A stretch of DNA of 64,000 nt from Bryobacterales bacterium (GCA_965248235.1 CBDFIU010000004.1:1175112-1239111), one strand, 5' to 3'. Counted from the stretch's first letter, positions 25,279-35,747 are shown. Notes: generated by a model from the letters alone, not told the origin. A program made the numbers and translations.

Positions 25279-28101
25279 CTATAACCCGCCGCCGATTGGG
25301 GCGGCCGGTCCACCGGTTTGCTGAACCCGCAACCCCGGGGGCAGGTCGACTGTCACATGCTCGTGAATGGGCTGCCGCTCGTTGTTGTCTTCAGGACTGA
25401 GTCGGCGAATGCGGGCGGTGATGGTTTGGGAGGCTTCGTCGGCCTTGAAGCGCCGGAAGAGCGTCTCCTCGCGGTCGGCGCTTTCGGCGTCGCCGAGACC
25501 GCGGTAGCAGAGCATTCGCGTGTAATGCATCTGTAGGTCTTCCGGATCGATGCGCGCCACGCGGTCAAGCACGTCGAGCGCGTCCTGGTATTGGCGCTTG
25601 CGGAAGAGAATCTGCGCGATCTCGTTGAGAACCACGCGATCTTTCGGATACGTACTCTCGGCCTTTCGCAGCGAAGCCAGAGCGCCGTCATAGTCGCCCT
25701 CGGCGCGTTGCACTTTCGAGTGAAAGAAATGAATCCGCCCTAAACTGTCGTCGATGGCCAGGGCGCGTTGAACGAACGGTTTCGCGGCCTCGGTTTGGCC
25801 CTCCTGAATCAAAGCGCGGGCGATATTGAGCCAACCGTCGGCAAAGTCGGGGTTAGCTTCGGTGACGCGTTGGAAGGCGTACTCCGCGCCTTTGAGATCG
25901 CCCTGACGCAGCAGACCGATCCCGTAGTCATTCCAGCGTGTGTAGTCCTCTCGGGTGACCCTCGGTCCCCAGTCGGTTTCCTGACGCCCCAAATGGATTT
26001 CGGCTTCAGCCGCGGCCAGCGCGACGATCGGCAGCGTCGGGATCCTGTCCTTGATCTGCCCGGCAACATTGGCGGGGATGTTTTCGGGCAGGAAAAGAAA
26101 GCGGCGGTCATCGAAATCTTTGCCGAAGGGGGAATCGTCGGCCGGGTCCGGTTGCCCGGCATAGGAAAACTGCGTGTAATAGTGCGAAAATTTGCGGTAG
26201 TTGAGTTTTGCCAAGAGACGAATCGGACCTTGCGCGTCGGGCGGTATTGTCATGCGGAAGTGCGCCGTGTCGGCCGCGCCCGGGGGAATCAACTGCGCGT
26301 AAAGCAGGCTGCGCGCCTGGAAGGCGTTGCGCTTGTTGATCGGGTTGCTGTGTTCGTCGAGCAAGAAGGCGCGGTAAAAGTGCGCGCCCGGCTCGACCGG
26401 TCCGCGGCCGTCGTCCTCGACCTTTCCGCTCCAGTAGATGATGCGTCCGGTTGCGTCGACCGCCTGCAGTTCAACCCAGACGTCAAATGAATCGACCGTA
26501 CCGCCGGGGAAAAAATGCCCGACCTTGCGCGTGCGGACGACGACATCCACCTTGACGTTGTCGCCGGGGGCGAGAACCGGCGCGGCGCGATCAATCGGCG
26601 CGGCGATCTCGCCGACTTCCCGCAGCACAACCGACCGGGCGCCGCTCTCAGCCTCCTCGCCCACCGCGAAACCGGTGGACAACATCGGCGTTTCGCCCGC
26701 CCGCCGGCGCATCGAAACCGAGGCGTCATCCTCTTCGACCGGCGAGACGGCGAAAATATCGACGGTCACGATACCGTCCTGAAGAAACTTCTTCACGACG
26801 TCAAGCTGCACTTGGTCTTGGTTCACGTACGGCACGGCGGTGTTCGCGGCCGGGAAACGATGCGAATGCACGTAGCCGTCGATGTTGCCCGGGTCGCCGG
26901 AAGCGACCAGCGGCATGTGGCAATCGCCGCAGTCGGCGGACTGCTCGGGATAGTAGAACGACCTCGCCCCGAAACCCGAGACGCCGCTCGCCTGCCACGA
27001 GTCGTACTCATTGAAACCGCGGAACCAGCGGTAATTGTTGACCGGCACGTCGAGATGCACTTTGTGGCACGTCGAGCAAAACTCCGACTTATCGAGGCGC
27101 ATGAAGGGCTTCATGAACGCATTGCGATGAGCGGCCGGAGCGGTGTTGATGACGTAATCGTGCAGCGAGCGAATCAGCCAATTGTCGCTCGACATCAGGT
27201 CATGCAGCGGCGGATAGGTCATTGTGAAACCGCCGTTGCCCATGGTGTTGGGGACGTGTGTAATCGAATGGCAGGACATGCAACCGAGCCCGGCTTGAGC
27301 CTCCGGCGTGTCAATTTGATCCTTCGCCGGCTTCTCAAAGCGCCCGTTGAAAAACATCGCGTGGTCGTGGCACCCGGCACACCACTTCGAGGCCTCAATC
27401 CCCGCCGTCTCCTGCATGTACTCAATGGACTTGCGGTAGAACTGATTGTTGAACGACGAGAAATGGTGCATCGAACTGTTCCACTGCTCGTAGATGTCTT
27501 CGTGGCACGCGCCGCAAACCTTCGAGTCCATGAAAAAGCCTGACGGAATCAGGCCGCCGGTGTTGGTGACGGACGCGGAAGGAAAAAAGGGGCTGTCACG
27601 GCCGCCGCCCTCGTAGTCCATGCTGAGGGGCGCGGTGTTGGGATTGATGATGCGGTCTTCGGCGCGCGGGAACCATTCCAGGCGCACCGAACTGATCACG
27701 GGCAGAGCCAGAGCGGCGCCCAACGCGATCGCCAACAAGCGCGCAAAACTTCGCCGGCTCTTCCAAGCCCAAAGGATGACCAGCAACGCCCCGAGGAAGC
27801 CGAAAGCTCCGTGCGCGATAACGATCGATTGGTTGGGCCGCGTGGCGCCGACGACGCACAGCACCGAGCCGAGCGCGGCCGCCGCCGAGACGCTGGCGAG
27901 CGCGAGCCGTCCATTCTTACGCAGCGCCGCGACGGCGTCTTCGCGCAGCACCCAAACGCCGGCGGTGAGGGCCAACCCGAGGCCGATGTGGACCAGAACG
28001 CTCGTCAGGTAGGCGACGCTGGCTTCGGGGAAGGCCCAGATCCAGCCCGAGTTTACGACGAGAAAAAGAAAGCCGACGGCAACTGCTCGAGACTTGCTCA
28101 C
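25279..28101 (-). CDS. Membrane-anchored multihaem c-type cytochrome with C-terminal TPR repeats
   Basis: 940 aa with 4-5 N-terminal TM helices and five CXXCH motifs (CGACH, CAGCH, CMSCH, CSTCH, CGDCH). TPR-like repeats lie in the last ~250 aa. The GTG start overlaps the upstream stop as GTGA at 28098-28101. Confidence 0.8.
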   Translation of the reverse strand: MSKSRAVAVGFLFLVVNSGWIWAFPEASVAYLTSVLVHIGLGLALTAGVWVLREDAVAALRKNGRLALASVSAAAALGSVLCVVGATRPNQSIVIAHGAFGFLGALLVILWAWKSRRSFARLLAIALGAALALPVISSVRLEWFPRAEDRIINPNTAPLSMDYEGGGRDSPFFPSASVTNTGGLIPSGFFMDSKVCGACHEDIYEQWNSSMHHFSSFNNQFYRKSIEYMQETAGIEASKWCAGCHDHAMFFNGRFEKPAKDQIDTPEAQAGLGCMSCHSITHVPNTMGNGGFTMTYPPLHDLMSSDNWLIRSLHDYVINTAPAAHRNAFMKPFMRLDKSEFCSTCHKVHLDVPVNNYRWFRGFNEYDSWQASGVSGFGARSFYYPEQSADCGDCHMPLVASGDPGNIDGYVHSHRFPAANTAVPYVNQDQVQLDVVKKFLQDGIVTVDIFAVSPVEEDDASVSMRRRAGETPMLSTGFAVGEEAESGARSVVLREVGEIAAPIDRAAPVLAPGDNVKVDVVVRTRKVGHFFPGGTVDSFDVWVELQAVDATGRIIYWSGKVEDDGRGPVEPGAHFYRAFLLDEHSNPINKRNAFQARSLLYAQLIPPGAADTAHFRMTIPPDAQGPIRLLAKLNYRKFSHYYTQFSYAGQPDPADDSPFGKDFDDRRFLFLPENIPANVAGQIKDRIPTLPIVALAAAEAEIHLGRQETDWGPRVTREDYTRWNDYGIGLLRQGDLKGAEYAFQRVTEANPDFADGWLNIARALIQEGQTEAAKPFVQRALAIDDSLGRIHFFHSKVQRAEGDYDGALASLRKAESTYPKDRVVLNEIAQILFRKRQYQDALDVLDRVARIDPEDLQMHYTRMLCYRGLGDAESADREETLFRRFKADEASQTITARIRRLSPEDNNERQPIHEHVTVDLPPGLRVQQTGGPAAPIGGGL

Positions 28102-31100
28102 CGTTCCACAAGCGGCCGGATCAATCGAAGCGCGGGCCGCACATTATATTTTCTCAGATACGCCCGATGAAGTTCGCTGTCGGGGTAGTTTTCTTCCCGC
28201 CCATAGGGGTAGCCCGACATGGCATGGAAGGGCAAGGGCTCCACACTGTCTCCAAAAGCGGTGTTGGCCTCGTTCTCTTTGGCCCAGCCGTCGACCATCA
28301 GCAAGAAATCGCGGCGCCAACCGGCGGGCAGTTCGGGCAGCCGGTCGGCGGCGAAGCGCAGGTCGATTTCATCGCCCGCGCCGAGAATCGCGAAACGATC
28401 GTCGATGGTTGTCAACAGTTCCCGCACGTCGCCGTAACGGGTGTAGTTACCCCGCGTGGGATTCCACAACGTCGTGGGGCTAACCGAGGCGTAAATGTAG
28501 CTTTCGGGCTGACGTCGGCGCGGATGAAGGACGACTTGGGCAAAGCCGCGGAAGTCCATGACGGCCGAAGCGGGTTGGAGTTCCGTGAGGCGGGTTTGAC
28601 CCTTGTCGCGCCGTGCCGTTTGTTTCGGCGCCACGAACGCTTCATCCCAATAGACGACCATGTTGGAGGAAATCCGCACTTCGCGCGAATCGGAGAGAAA
28701 CTTCCCGCTCAAATCGAGGGCGATCGTGCGCGGGCCTCCGGCGGGCAGGCCCATATCCGGATCGGCGGTCACCCAGCGCCCTTGGCGGTCTTTGACTTCG
28801 AGCACGGGCATGTGCAGATTGTTTGACTTGCTCTGGGACCCGGCGACAATGCGACTTGCATCGGCCCAATCGACCCAGCCGTGCAGGAACAACACCAAAT
28901 CGCCTTTCGCGCCCGAGAAGTCGAGGGTCAGTGAGTGGTGCTCGGCGAGGTTGGCGAAATTGCGGCGGAAGTCGTCGACATAGCGCCGGTCTAATTTCGT
29001 AACCCGGTCGAGCACGTCATGGCCATGTTCGTCGACGGCGGAAACGGGGTAGGTGCGTTCGCGGACTTCGTAGACCTGAAACTCGGGGAAGGGCGGGCCC
29101 TTGAACTTTTCGCTGGTGAAAACGTCGACCTCGGCCGGATGATCGACGGCCAGTAGTTTGATTTGGTCGAGGTAGGCGACCTCGCGCAATTCCTCGGTGA
29201 TGCGGACGTCGTAGAAACCGTCGCGCGGTTTGAGGCGTTCGCCGCGGATCCATACGTATTCGTCGTGATCGACCGCGAAGAATTGCCCGCCGCCGGCCGC
29301 GGCCCCGAGCGGAGCGACGCCCAGAACTTCGCTGATGAACTCGAATTCCTCGCCGTTCCAGGTGTAGACCATCGGGCACGATCCCGACAGGCGCGGCTTT
29401 TCTTCCAGATTAAGTGCTTGATTGACGCCTTGTTCGGATTCGTTTTGAATCAAGCCGTTAGGCCAGGTGATGCGGACGGTATCGATCTGCTCAGCGCCGC
29501 CAAGTCCGAAGGTCAGTGGATAGCCGGCATAGACAGCCTTGCGGAAGATGCGCCCCGCCTTGACTTCGATGCGGGCGCCCTCGGTCAAGATGTTGTTCTT
29601 GACGCCGTGGAAGCCCAAGGTCACCCAGTTGTTGCCCGCTTCGGTTTCGTTGGAGAGGTAGTGAAGTTTGCCCGAGGTGTCAATGGCCGCCAGGTCGGGG
29701 CGGCCGTCGCCGTTGAAATCGGCGGCCGTCGCGAAGGCGAGGTTTTCGGGAAGGCCCGCAGTTTCGGTCGGTTTGAACTCAAATCGCCCGAGATTGTGCA
29801 GCGCGCCGCCCTCTGAGAGGGCGTCGAGAGATCCTCGGTTGCTCCAATCGGCCCAGGCCGAGGCGACGGGCAATGTGACGCCGGCCCGCAAACGCCCATC
29901 CACGTTGTGGAGAAACCGAGTTCCGGCCGCTCCGGTCATTGCTCCGGTCATTGCTCCGGTCATTGCTCCGGTCATGACTCGGGTCATTGCCACGTCCAAG
30001 AAGCCGTCGTGATTGGCGTCGATAACCTCTAGCTTGAGGGGGCCTTCACCGGGCCTCGCGCCTGAAACGGTTTCAGGACGGAACAGGCCCAGCTTGCGGT
30101 CCTCGTAGACGACGACCTTGTCGGTGTAGGCCACCACGATATTGAAACTGTTGTTCTCCCACAGCTCGAGCCAGGTGGCACCCAGGCCCACGCCTTCGGC
30201 AAACGGGAAGGAATCCGATACATCGGCGAACGTGCCGTCGCCGTTGTTGCGGAGCAAAACTTGATCGGAGCCGACGGCGAGCAGGTCAAGATCGTAGTCG
30301 TGGTCGTAATCGACCCATAGGCAGGCATTGAAATCGCCCTCGGCGAGGGTTTGCGGTGGTCCGAAAGCAGGAGCGTCGCCCGTTGCTCCCGGCAGCAGGC
30401 TTGCCCCCTCGGAACCGGCCAGGCAGAGATCCGAGCGGCCGTCGTTATTCATGTCACCCGCGGCAGCTTGGCGTAGGCCGAGGATGGGAACCGCCAGCGA
30501 TTGATCGTCGGGCGCGTCGAGCAGCAGGCCGTGCCCGGACCAAGCGACAACACGGGGTGGGTTTTCGGCGTTGGCCGGTAGCAGCAGCATCCCCAGCGGC
30601 GCGGCTCCAAGCTGCGCGCCCTCGCCCGTGGTTTGGAACCGAATCTCGTCGGCCTCCCTCGCCGGCGGGGCGGGGGCCGGCGGATCGTGGAGTTCCGAAT
30701 AGAAACTCCAATTGACGTCTTCGCCGACGGCCGCGTCTTCGGTCAATTCCTTGATTTCGCGGAAGCGGTTCAGGTGCTCCCGGGCGCGTTCGTGGTCGCT
30801 ACGGCGCAGGGTGTTGTAGAGCTGGAAATGCGGTGCCGCCAAATTGGGGCCGAGTTCAATGGTGCGCTCAAACGATGCGACGGCGCGATCAAGATCTTCC
30901 CGCAACTTGTAAAGCACGCCGAGGTTGTAGTGCGTCTTCGGCTCGTCGGGAACCAAGCGCGCCATCTGCTCAAGCTCGCGGACGGCCCGCTCGACCTCGT
31001 TGCGTTTCTTGAACTCAATCCCGAGATTGAAATAGGTGTGCGGCAGCTTCGGATTGAGTTCGCGGGCGCGTTCGATTTCGACAATGCCCTCCTCGGCTTG

Positions 31101-31361
31101 ACCGGCGCGCAGCATGGATAGGCCGTAGTTGAGGCGATCTTGCGCCGAGTTGGGATTGAGTTCGGCGGCTTGGCGCAGCGCGTCGACGGCCTGGGTTTGC
31201 GTGCCCGGGTTTTCGTACATCGCCTTGCCGAGATTGCGCAGCTCTTGGAGCTTCTTGGCCGCGGCGGGGTCCATCTGAAAGGCCGAGGGCGGAACGCTGA
31301 CGACCACGATCATCCCGAGGGCGAGCATCGAAGCGGCGGCGGATATATATCGAACATTCAT
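28098..31361 (-). CDS. TPR + FG-GAP/VCBS + ASPIC/UnbV (CRTAC1-family) exported protein
   Basis: 1087 aa with a signal peptide and N-terminal TPRs. FG-GAP-like DxNxDGxxD motifs are present (GDMNNDGRSDL, DANHDGFLDV, ADFNGDGRPDL). The C-terminal region is typical of ASPIC/UnbV proteins. Confidence 0.78.
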   Translation of the reverse strand: MNVRYISAAASMLALGMIVVVSVPPSAFQMDPAAAKKLQELRNLGKAMYENPGTQTQAVDALRQAAELNPNSAQDRLNYGLSMLRAGQAEEGIVEIERARELNPKLPHTYFNLGIEFKKRNEVERAVRELEQMARLVPDEPKTHYNLGVLYKLREDLDRAVASFERTIELGPNLAAPHFQLYNTLRRSDHERAREHLNRFREIKELTEDAAVGEDVNWSFYSELHDPPAPAPPAREADEIRFQTTGEGAQLGAAPLGMLLLPANAENPPRVVAWSGHGLLLDAPDDQSLAVPILGLRQAAAGDMNNDGRSDLCLAGSEGASLLPGATGDAPAFGPPQTLAEGDFNACLWVDYDHDYDLDLLAVGSDQVLLRNNGDGTFADVSDSFPFAEGVGLGATWLELWENNSFNIVVAYTDKVVVYEDRKLGLFRPETVSGARPGEGPLKLEVIDANHDGFLDVAMTRVMTGAMTGAMTGAMTGAAGTRFLHNVDGRLRAGVTLPVASAWADWSNRGSLDALSEGGALHNLGRFEFKPTETAGLPENLAFATAADFNGDGRPDLAAIDTSGKLHYLSNETEAGNNWVTLGFHGVKNNILTEGARIEVKAGRIFRKAVYAGYPLTFGLGGAEQIDTVRITWPNGLIQNESEQGVNQALNLEEKPRLSGSCPMVYTWNGEEFEFISEVLGVAPLGAAAGGGQFFAVDHDEYVWIRGERLKPRDGFYDVRITEELREVAYLDQIKLLAVDHPAEVDVFTSEKFKGPPFPEFQVYEVRERTYPVSAVDEHGHDVLDRVTKLDRRYVDDFRRNFANLAEHHSLTLDFSGAKGDLVLFLHGWVDWADASRIVAGSQSKSNNLHMPVLEVKDRQGRWVTADPDMGLPAGGPRTIALDLSGKFLSDSREVRISSNMVVYWDEAFVAPKQTARRDKGQTRLTELQPASAVMDFRGFAQVVLHPRRRQPESYIYASVSPTTLWNPTRGNYTRYGDVRELLTTIDDRFAILGAGDEIDLRFAADRLPELPAGWRRDFLLMVDGWAKENEANTAFGDSVEPLPFHAMSGYPYGREENYPDSELHRAYLRKYNVRPALRLIRPLVER
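29929..29988. repeat. In-frame 12-nt tandem repeat (about 5 units) inside the CRTAC1-family gene
   Basis: gctccggtcatt occurs three times exactly, plus two degenerate units. It encodes VMTGAMTGAMTGAMTGA on the minus strand. Confidence 0.9.
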
Positions 31362-31457
31362 GGCGGTGGGTTCTTATGGTAGCCGATCCGCCGGGCGAAG
31401 CTCAGCACCGCGGGGCAAGGCAAATGGGAGAAATCGAGCGCCGGTCGCAAAAGCCGT

Positions 31458-32432
31458 TTACTTCCAGGGAATTTGAGCAATGATCTGCAGCTGCATCTTC
31501 ACTTCGCTGTAGGGAACCGGGGTCGTGAAGCGGCGAAAATGCACTTTCACGTTCGACCGCGGCAGGGGGAAATGGAAATTAACCCCAGCGGTGATCCACT
31601 TGCTGGTGGCGGGCCCTTGCAGGAAGGCGTCGTATTCCCCAATCAAGTCGACTCGCTTCCGTAAGTGGACCAAGGCTCGTATCCAGTGGGCGTTTGTGAT
31701 CAGTCGATCGTCAATACCTCGAAGATAAGCTCCTTTCAACGTCAACCGGCGATGCGGGCGCGCTTCGAAATCAGCGACCGTTCGACGTTCGATCGTGAGG
31801 CGCCCGTCGGGCCCCGCTCGGCCTTCATAATGCCCGCCACCGAGCCGAAGCTTGTCGCTCAGAAAGGGAACCTTGATAAAGCCGAAGACATCCTTGTGTG
31901 AATTCTCGTCGGGATGAAATCCGTTTCCCCTCACGACGGAGACGTTATACTCCATGCCCTTGTACTCACCGAGAACGCAGAGACCTCTTTCCCGCGGCGG
32001 CATCAGACTCGATCCCGCCGAAAAGTCGATCGTATCGAGAAAGAAGGGCGCCGTCGTGAAGTCGCCGGTAAACGGCAACCAACTCTGCCCCAGCCGGACT
32101 TCCAGGGCCGCCGAAGGTTCATAGGCCACCCAAGAATCAAGCACGCGTTCGGAGACGAAGTCGTACTGAAATCGCATGCTGACATGGGGGGCGACGAAGC
32201 CGTTCGTCCAAAGTCTTGCCCGCCGCAAAACGTCCTCGCCGCCGCTTCGGCTGTCGTGCAGGGCACGATATTGCATCCGGCCGCGGACCTGCCAATCCCG
32301 CAATTGCGCGGTCGCCGGCGCGCTGAACCAGGGAACAACTAAGAAGCCGACGAGTACCCGGAGCAGGCGAAGGGCCGGGAAACAACTCAAAAAGGGTCGC
32401 CGCATGAGGAACCCGCCGCGCCGGCGCGCCAA
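31458..32432 (-). CDS. Putative outer-membrane porin (phosphate-selective porin O/P-like)
   Basis: Signal peptide ending ATAQ. The composition is beta-rich with alternating aromatic/Gly (RFQYDFVSERVLDSWVAYEP, LEVRLGQSWLPFTGDF). The family assignment is from weak recollection only. Confidence 0.45.
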   Translation of the reverse strand: MARRRGGFLMRRPFLSCFPALRLLRVLVGFLVVPWFSAPATAQLRDWQVRGRMQYRALHDSRSGGEDVLRRARLWTNGFVAPHVSMRFQYDFVSERVLDSWVAYEPSAALEVRLGQSWLPFTGDFTTAPFFLDTIDFSAGSSLMPPRERGLCVLGEYKGMEYNVSVVRGNGFHPDENSHKDVFGFIKVPFLSDKLRLGGGHYEGRAGPDGRLTIERRTVADFEARPHRRLTLKGAYLRGIDDRLITNAHWIRALVHLRKRVDLIGEYDAFLQGPATSKWITAGVNFHFPLPRSNVKVHFRRFTTPVPYSEVKMQLQIIAQIPWK

Positions 32433-32532
32433 CGGAGCCCCTATTGTTACCGATTGGCCCCGCCATCAAGAGTTCGTTGCGCAAGGAGTGATCGGCGGCT
32501 GAAAATGAGATAGTCGGGTAAGAACCGTCTTC

Positions 32533-34707
32533 ATGCCGTCATTCCGATTTTCACCTCGTTGTCGCTCGTCAATCTTTCCCGTGCCGTTGGCGTGCTTGCT
32601 CGTTGCCGCCTTCGCGACTGATCTGCCGGCGCAATTGACGCCGGATTACAATCAGTTCTTTTCCCAAGAGCAAGAGGACATTACGGGCGGAGCCGAGCGC
32701 GGCAATAGTTTTGGCCGCAGCGTCGACGCCGGTGATTTCAACAACGACGGCTTTGCGGACTTGGCGATCGGGATGCCCGGCGAAAACGGGGGCTCGGTCA
32801 TTGTCATCTACGGCTCGGTCGACTTACTGACGAGCCAAGGGAACCAGCGCTTTCGGCAGGGCAAGGACGGGGTCCCCGATGATTCGGAAAGCGAAGACTC
32901 CTTCGGCTTGAAGGTGGCCGCCGGCGATTTCAACGGCGACGGCTTTGACGACTTAGCCGTGGGGGCTCCCGGAGAAAACGGCTTTCGCGGTGCCGTTTTC
33001 GTCATCAACGGGTCGGCGAACGGCCTCAACGGGAACGGGTCGAAACGCTGGCGTCAGGGCAGCGACGACATCCGTGACGACGACGACCCGGGCGACTTTT
33101 TCGGGATTGCCCTGGCCGCGGGCGATTTCAACGGCAACGGTTTTGACGACCTGGCGGTGGGCGTGCCCGGAGAAAACAACAATAAGGGTGTCGTCAATGT
33201 GATCTATGGGTCCGGCGGCGGTCTCAGCGGCAACGGCAACCAACGCTGGCGACAAAACGATGATGGATTAGAAGACAAGCGCGAGGACAATGACGCTTTC
33301 GGAAACGACCTGGTTGCGGGCGATTTCGACGGCGACGGCTTTGACGATTTGGCCGTGGGCGTGCCTGGCGAGAACTCCGGCCGCGGCGCCGTCAATGTCA
33401 TCTACGGTTCAAGCGGGAGTCTGAACGCCAACGGCAACCAACGTTGGTCGCAACAGCAAGATGACATCACCGGCGGAGCGGAGCGCAACAACCGTTTCGG
33501 GAGCGCCGTGGATGCCGCTGACTACAATGCGGACGGCTTCGACGACCTGGCGGTCGGGCTTCCCGGGGAAGACGGCGGCTCGGTGATCGTGATCTATGGT
33601 TCAAGCGGTCGACTCGTAAGCGCGGGTAACCAGCGCTGGCGACAAGGCGACAACGGCATTCTCGATGAGGCCGAATCGAATAACGCCTTCGGGGCGGAGC
33701 TTCGCTCCGGCGATTTCAACGTTGACGGTTTCGCCGATTTGGCGATCGGCGCGCCGGGAGAAGATGACGGCCAGGGAGTGATCCATATCATCCACGGCTC
33801 GGCGGATGATCTGACCAACGAAGGCAACCAACTTTGGCGGCAAGACATCAGCAAGCCTGATGATGGCGACAACTACGGCACGGCCCTTGCCGTCGCGGAT
33901 TACAACGGCGACGGGGGCGACGACATTGCAATCGGCGTGCCGGGTGAAAACGGCGCGAGAGGAGCTGTGAACGTGATTTACGCCGCCGTCCCGATCGCGA
34001 TGACCAACGGCGCGAGCTTCGCGCTCGATCCCGTAGCCCCGGAATCGATTGCGACGGTTTTCGGGATCAACCTTGCGTCGTCGATCGTTGTAGCGCCGGC
34101 CGGCTCCGGGTTGCCGAATGTTTTAGACGACACAAGCGTCGACATTACCGACAGCTCGGGCGTCACCAGGCCGGCGTCGTTGTTCGCCGTCACGCCCACG
34201 CAGATCAATTTGCTAATTCCAGTGGGAACGGCTTTGGGGCCGGCCGATGTGCGAGTGAATCGCGCTTCCGGCGTCCCTTTCCTCGGATCTTTCGAGGTCG
34301 GAAGGATAGGCCCGGGCATTTTTTCGGCGGACGGCAGCGGGCAAGGCGTTGCGTCGGCGGCCTTTCAACGGACCGAAGCGGAAGGTCCCGATACGATCGA
34401 CCTGATCTTCGACCGAACGACGCGGCAGTCCGTCCCGATTGATTTGGGGTCCGGGGAGCAGGAGGTATATCTGCTGCTTTTCGGTACCGGGATTCGGGGC
34501 CGGGCGAGCCGTAGGGACGTCATTGCGACAGTAGGTGGTGCCAACGTGAAGGTGATTGGAGCAATAGCCCAGCCCGAGTTCGTGGGGCTCGACCAGGTCA
34601 ACATTGGCCCATTGGATCGAGATATCTTCCAAGGTCGCGGCGAAGTGGATTTGGTCTTGACTGTTGAGGGCCTGCCGACCAACACCGTCACGGTGAACTT
34701 CCAGTAG
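32533..34707 (+). CDS. Secreted FG-GAP repeat protein with Solibacter-type C-terminal domain
   Basis: At least 8 repeats of GDFNGDGFDDLAVGVPGEN...VIYGS...GNQRWRQ. The C-terminal ~220 aa (ATVFGINLASS...GIFSADGSGQGVASAAF...VTVGGANVKVIGAIAQPEFVGLDQVNIGPL) resembles the TIGR03437-type domain common in Solibacter. Confidence 0.85.
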   Translation: MPSFRFSPRCRSSIFPVPLACLLVAAFATDLPAQLTPDYNQFFSQEQEDITGGAERGNSFGRSVDAGDFNNDGFADLAIGMPGENGGSVIVIYGSVDLLTSQGNQRFRQGKDGVPDDSESEDSFGLKVAAGDFNGDGFDDLAVGAPGENGFRGAVFVINGSANGLNGNGSKRWRQGSDDIRDDDDPGDFFGIALAAGDFNGNGFDDLAVGVPGENNNKGVVNVIYGSGGGLSGNGNQRWRQNDDGLEDKREDNDAFGNDLVAGDFDGDGFDDLAVGVPGENSGRGAVNVIYGSSGSLNANGNQRWSQQQDDITGGAERNNRFGSAVDAADYNADGFDDLAVGLPGEDGGSVIVIYGSSGRLVSAGNQRWRQGDNGILDEAESNNAFGAELRSGDFNVDGFADLAIGAPGEDDGQGVIHIIHGSADDLTNEGNQLWRQDISKPDDGDNYGTALAVADYNGDGGDDIAIGVPGENGARGAVNVIYAAVPIAMTNGASFALDPVAPESIATVFGINLASSIVVAPAGSGLPNVLDDTSVDITDSSGVTRPASLFAVTPTQINLLIPVGTALGPADVRVNRASGVPFLGSFEVGRIGPGIFSADGSGQGVASAAFQRTEAEGPDTIDLIFDRTTRQSVPIDLGSGEQEVYLLLFGTGIRGRASRRDVIATVGGANVKVIGAIAQPEFVGLDQVNIGPLDRDIFQGRGEVDLVLTVEGLPTNTVTVNFQ

Positions 34708-34847
34708 TGCCCGCCGGCTCAGCCCGGATCGAGTGTTCGCACGCAGTTTGGCCGAGACCGGAGGCTTCGCTTGCCTCCGTTGCCCCAGGGTCGGTATGAT
34801 CGTCAACTTACCCCGGTTACTCATCTCCACGGATTGAAAAGGCACGC

Positions 34848-35747
34848 ATGTCTGAAAACGGATCTTCTGTTCTACTTGCAAGCAACCTCCCCGGCGTCGA
34901 GCTCGTCGCGCGCGGCAAAGTCCGCGACGTGTATCAGGCCGGCGAAAACATTCTCTTCATCGCCTCGGACCGAATTTCGGCCTTCGACGTGGTCTTGCCC
35001 AACGGGATTCCCCGCAAGGGCGAAGTGCTCACGAAGCTTTCCGTCTTTTGGTTTGATTTCTTGAAAGACGTGATTCCAACGCATTTCATCACGGCCAACG
35101 TCGATGAATACCCGCGGGAGTTACACCAGTTTCGCGACCAACTCGAAGGCCGCTCGATGCTCGTCAAGAAGCTCGAAATGTTTCCGATCGAGTGCGTCGC
35201 CCGAGGGTACTTGGCCGGGTCGGGGTGGAAGGAATATCAGGCCCAGGGCACGGTCTGCGGTATCCAGTTGCAGCCGGGGCTGCGTTCGAACGCGCTGCTT
35301 CCGGAGCCGATTTTTACCCCCGCGACGAAAGCGGAAGAAGGCCACGACGAGAACATCAGTTTCGAGCAAGCTTGCGACATTGTCGGGACCGAGCTTTGCG
35401 AAAAGTTACGCGACCTGACGTTGGATATCTACTCACGGGCGCAACAACACGCGCTAGCCCGCGGGTTGGTGCTGGCGGATACGAAGTTCGAATTCGGCTT
35501 ATTGGACGGCGAGATCGTTTTGGGCGACGAGGTCTTGACTCCCGACTCCTCGCGATATTGGCCGCTCGAAACCTACCAGCCCGGACGAGACCAGCCTTCC
35601 TACGACAAGCAGTACGTTCGCGATTATCTGGAATCGGTCAAGTTCAATAAACAGCCGCCCGGTCCGGTATTGCCGCCTGAGGTCGTGGCCAATACCTCCG
35701 AGAAGTATCAAGAGGCCTACGTCACCATCACGGGCGAAGAGCTGTAG
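34848..35747 (+). CDS. purC: Phosphoribosylaminoimidazole-succinocarboxamide (SAICAR) synthase
   Basis: 299 aa: GKVRDVYQAGENILFIASDRISAFDVVLPNGIPRKGEVLTKLS...LADTKFEFGL...DEVLTPDSSRYW. Confidence 0.93.
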   Translation: MSENGSSVLLASNLPGVELVARGKVRDVYQAGENILFIASDRISAFDVVLPNGIPRKGEVLTKLSVFWFDFLKDVIPTHFITANVDEYPRELHQFRDQLEGRSMLVKKLEMFPIECVARGYLAGSGWKEYQAQGTVCGIQLQPGLRSNALLPEPIFTPATKAEEGHDENISFEQACDIVGTELCEKLRDLTLDIYSRAQQHALARGLVLADTKFEFGLLDGEIVLGDEVLTPDSSRYWPLETYQPGRDQPSYDKQYVRDYLESVKFNKQPPGPVLPPEVVANTSEKYQEAYVTITGEEL

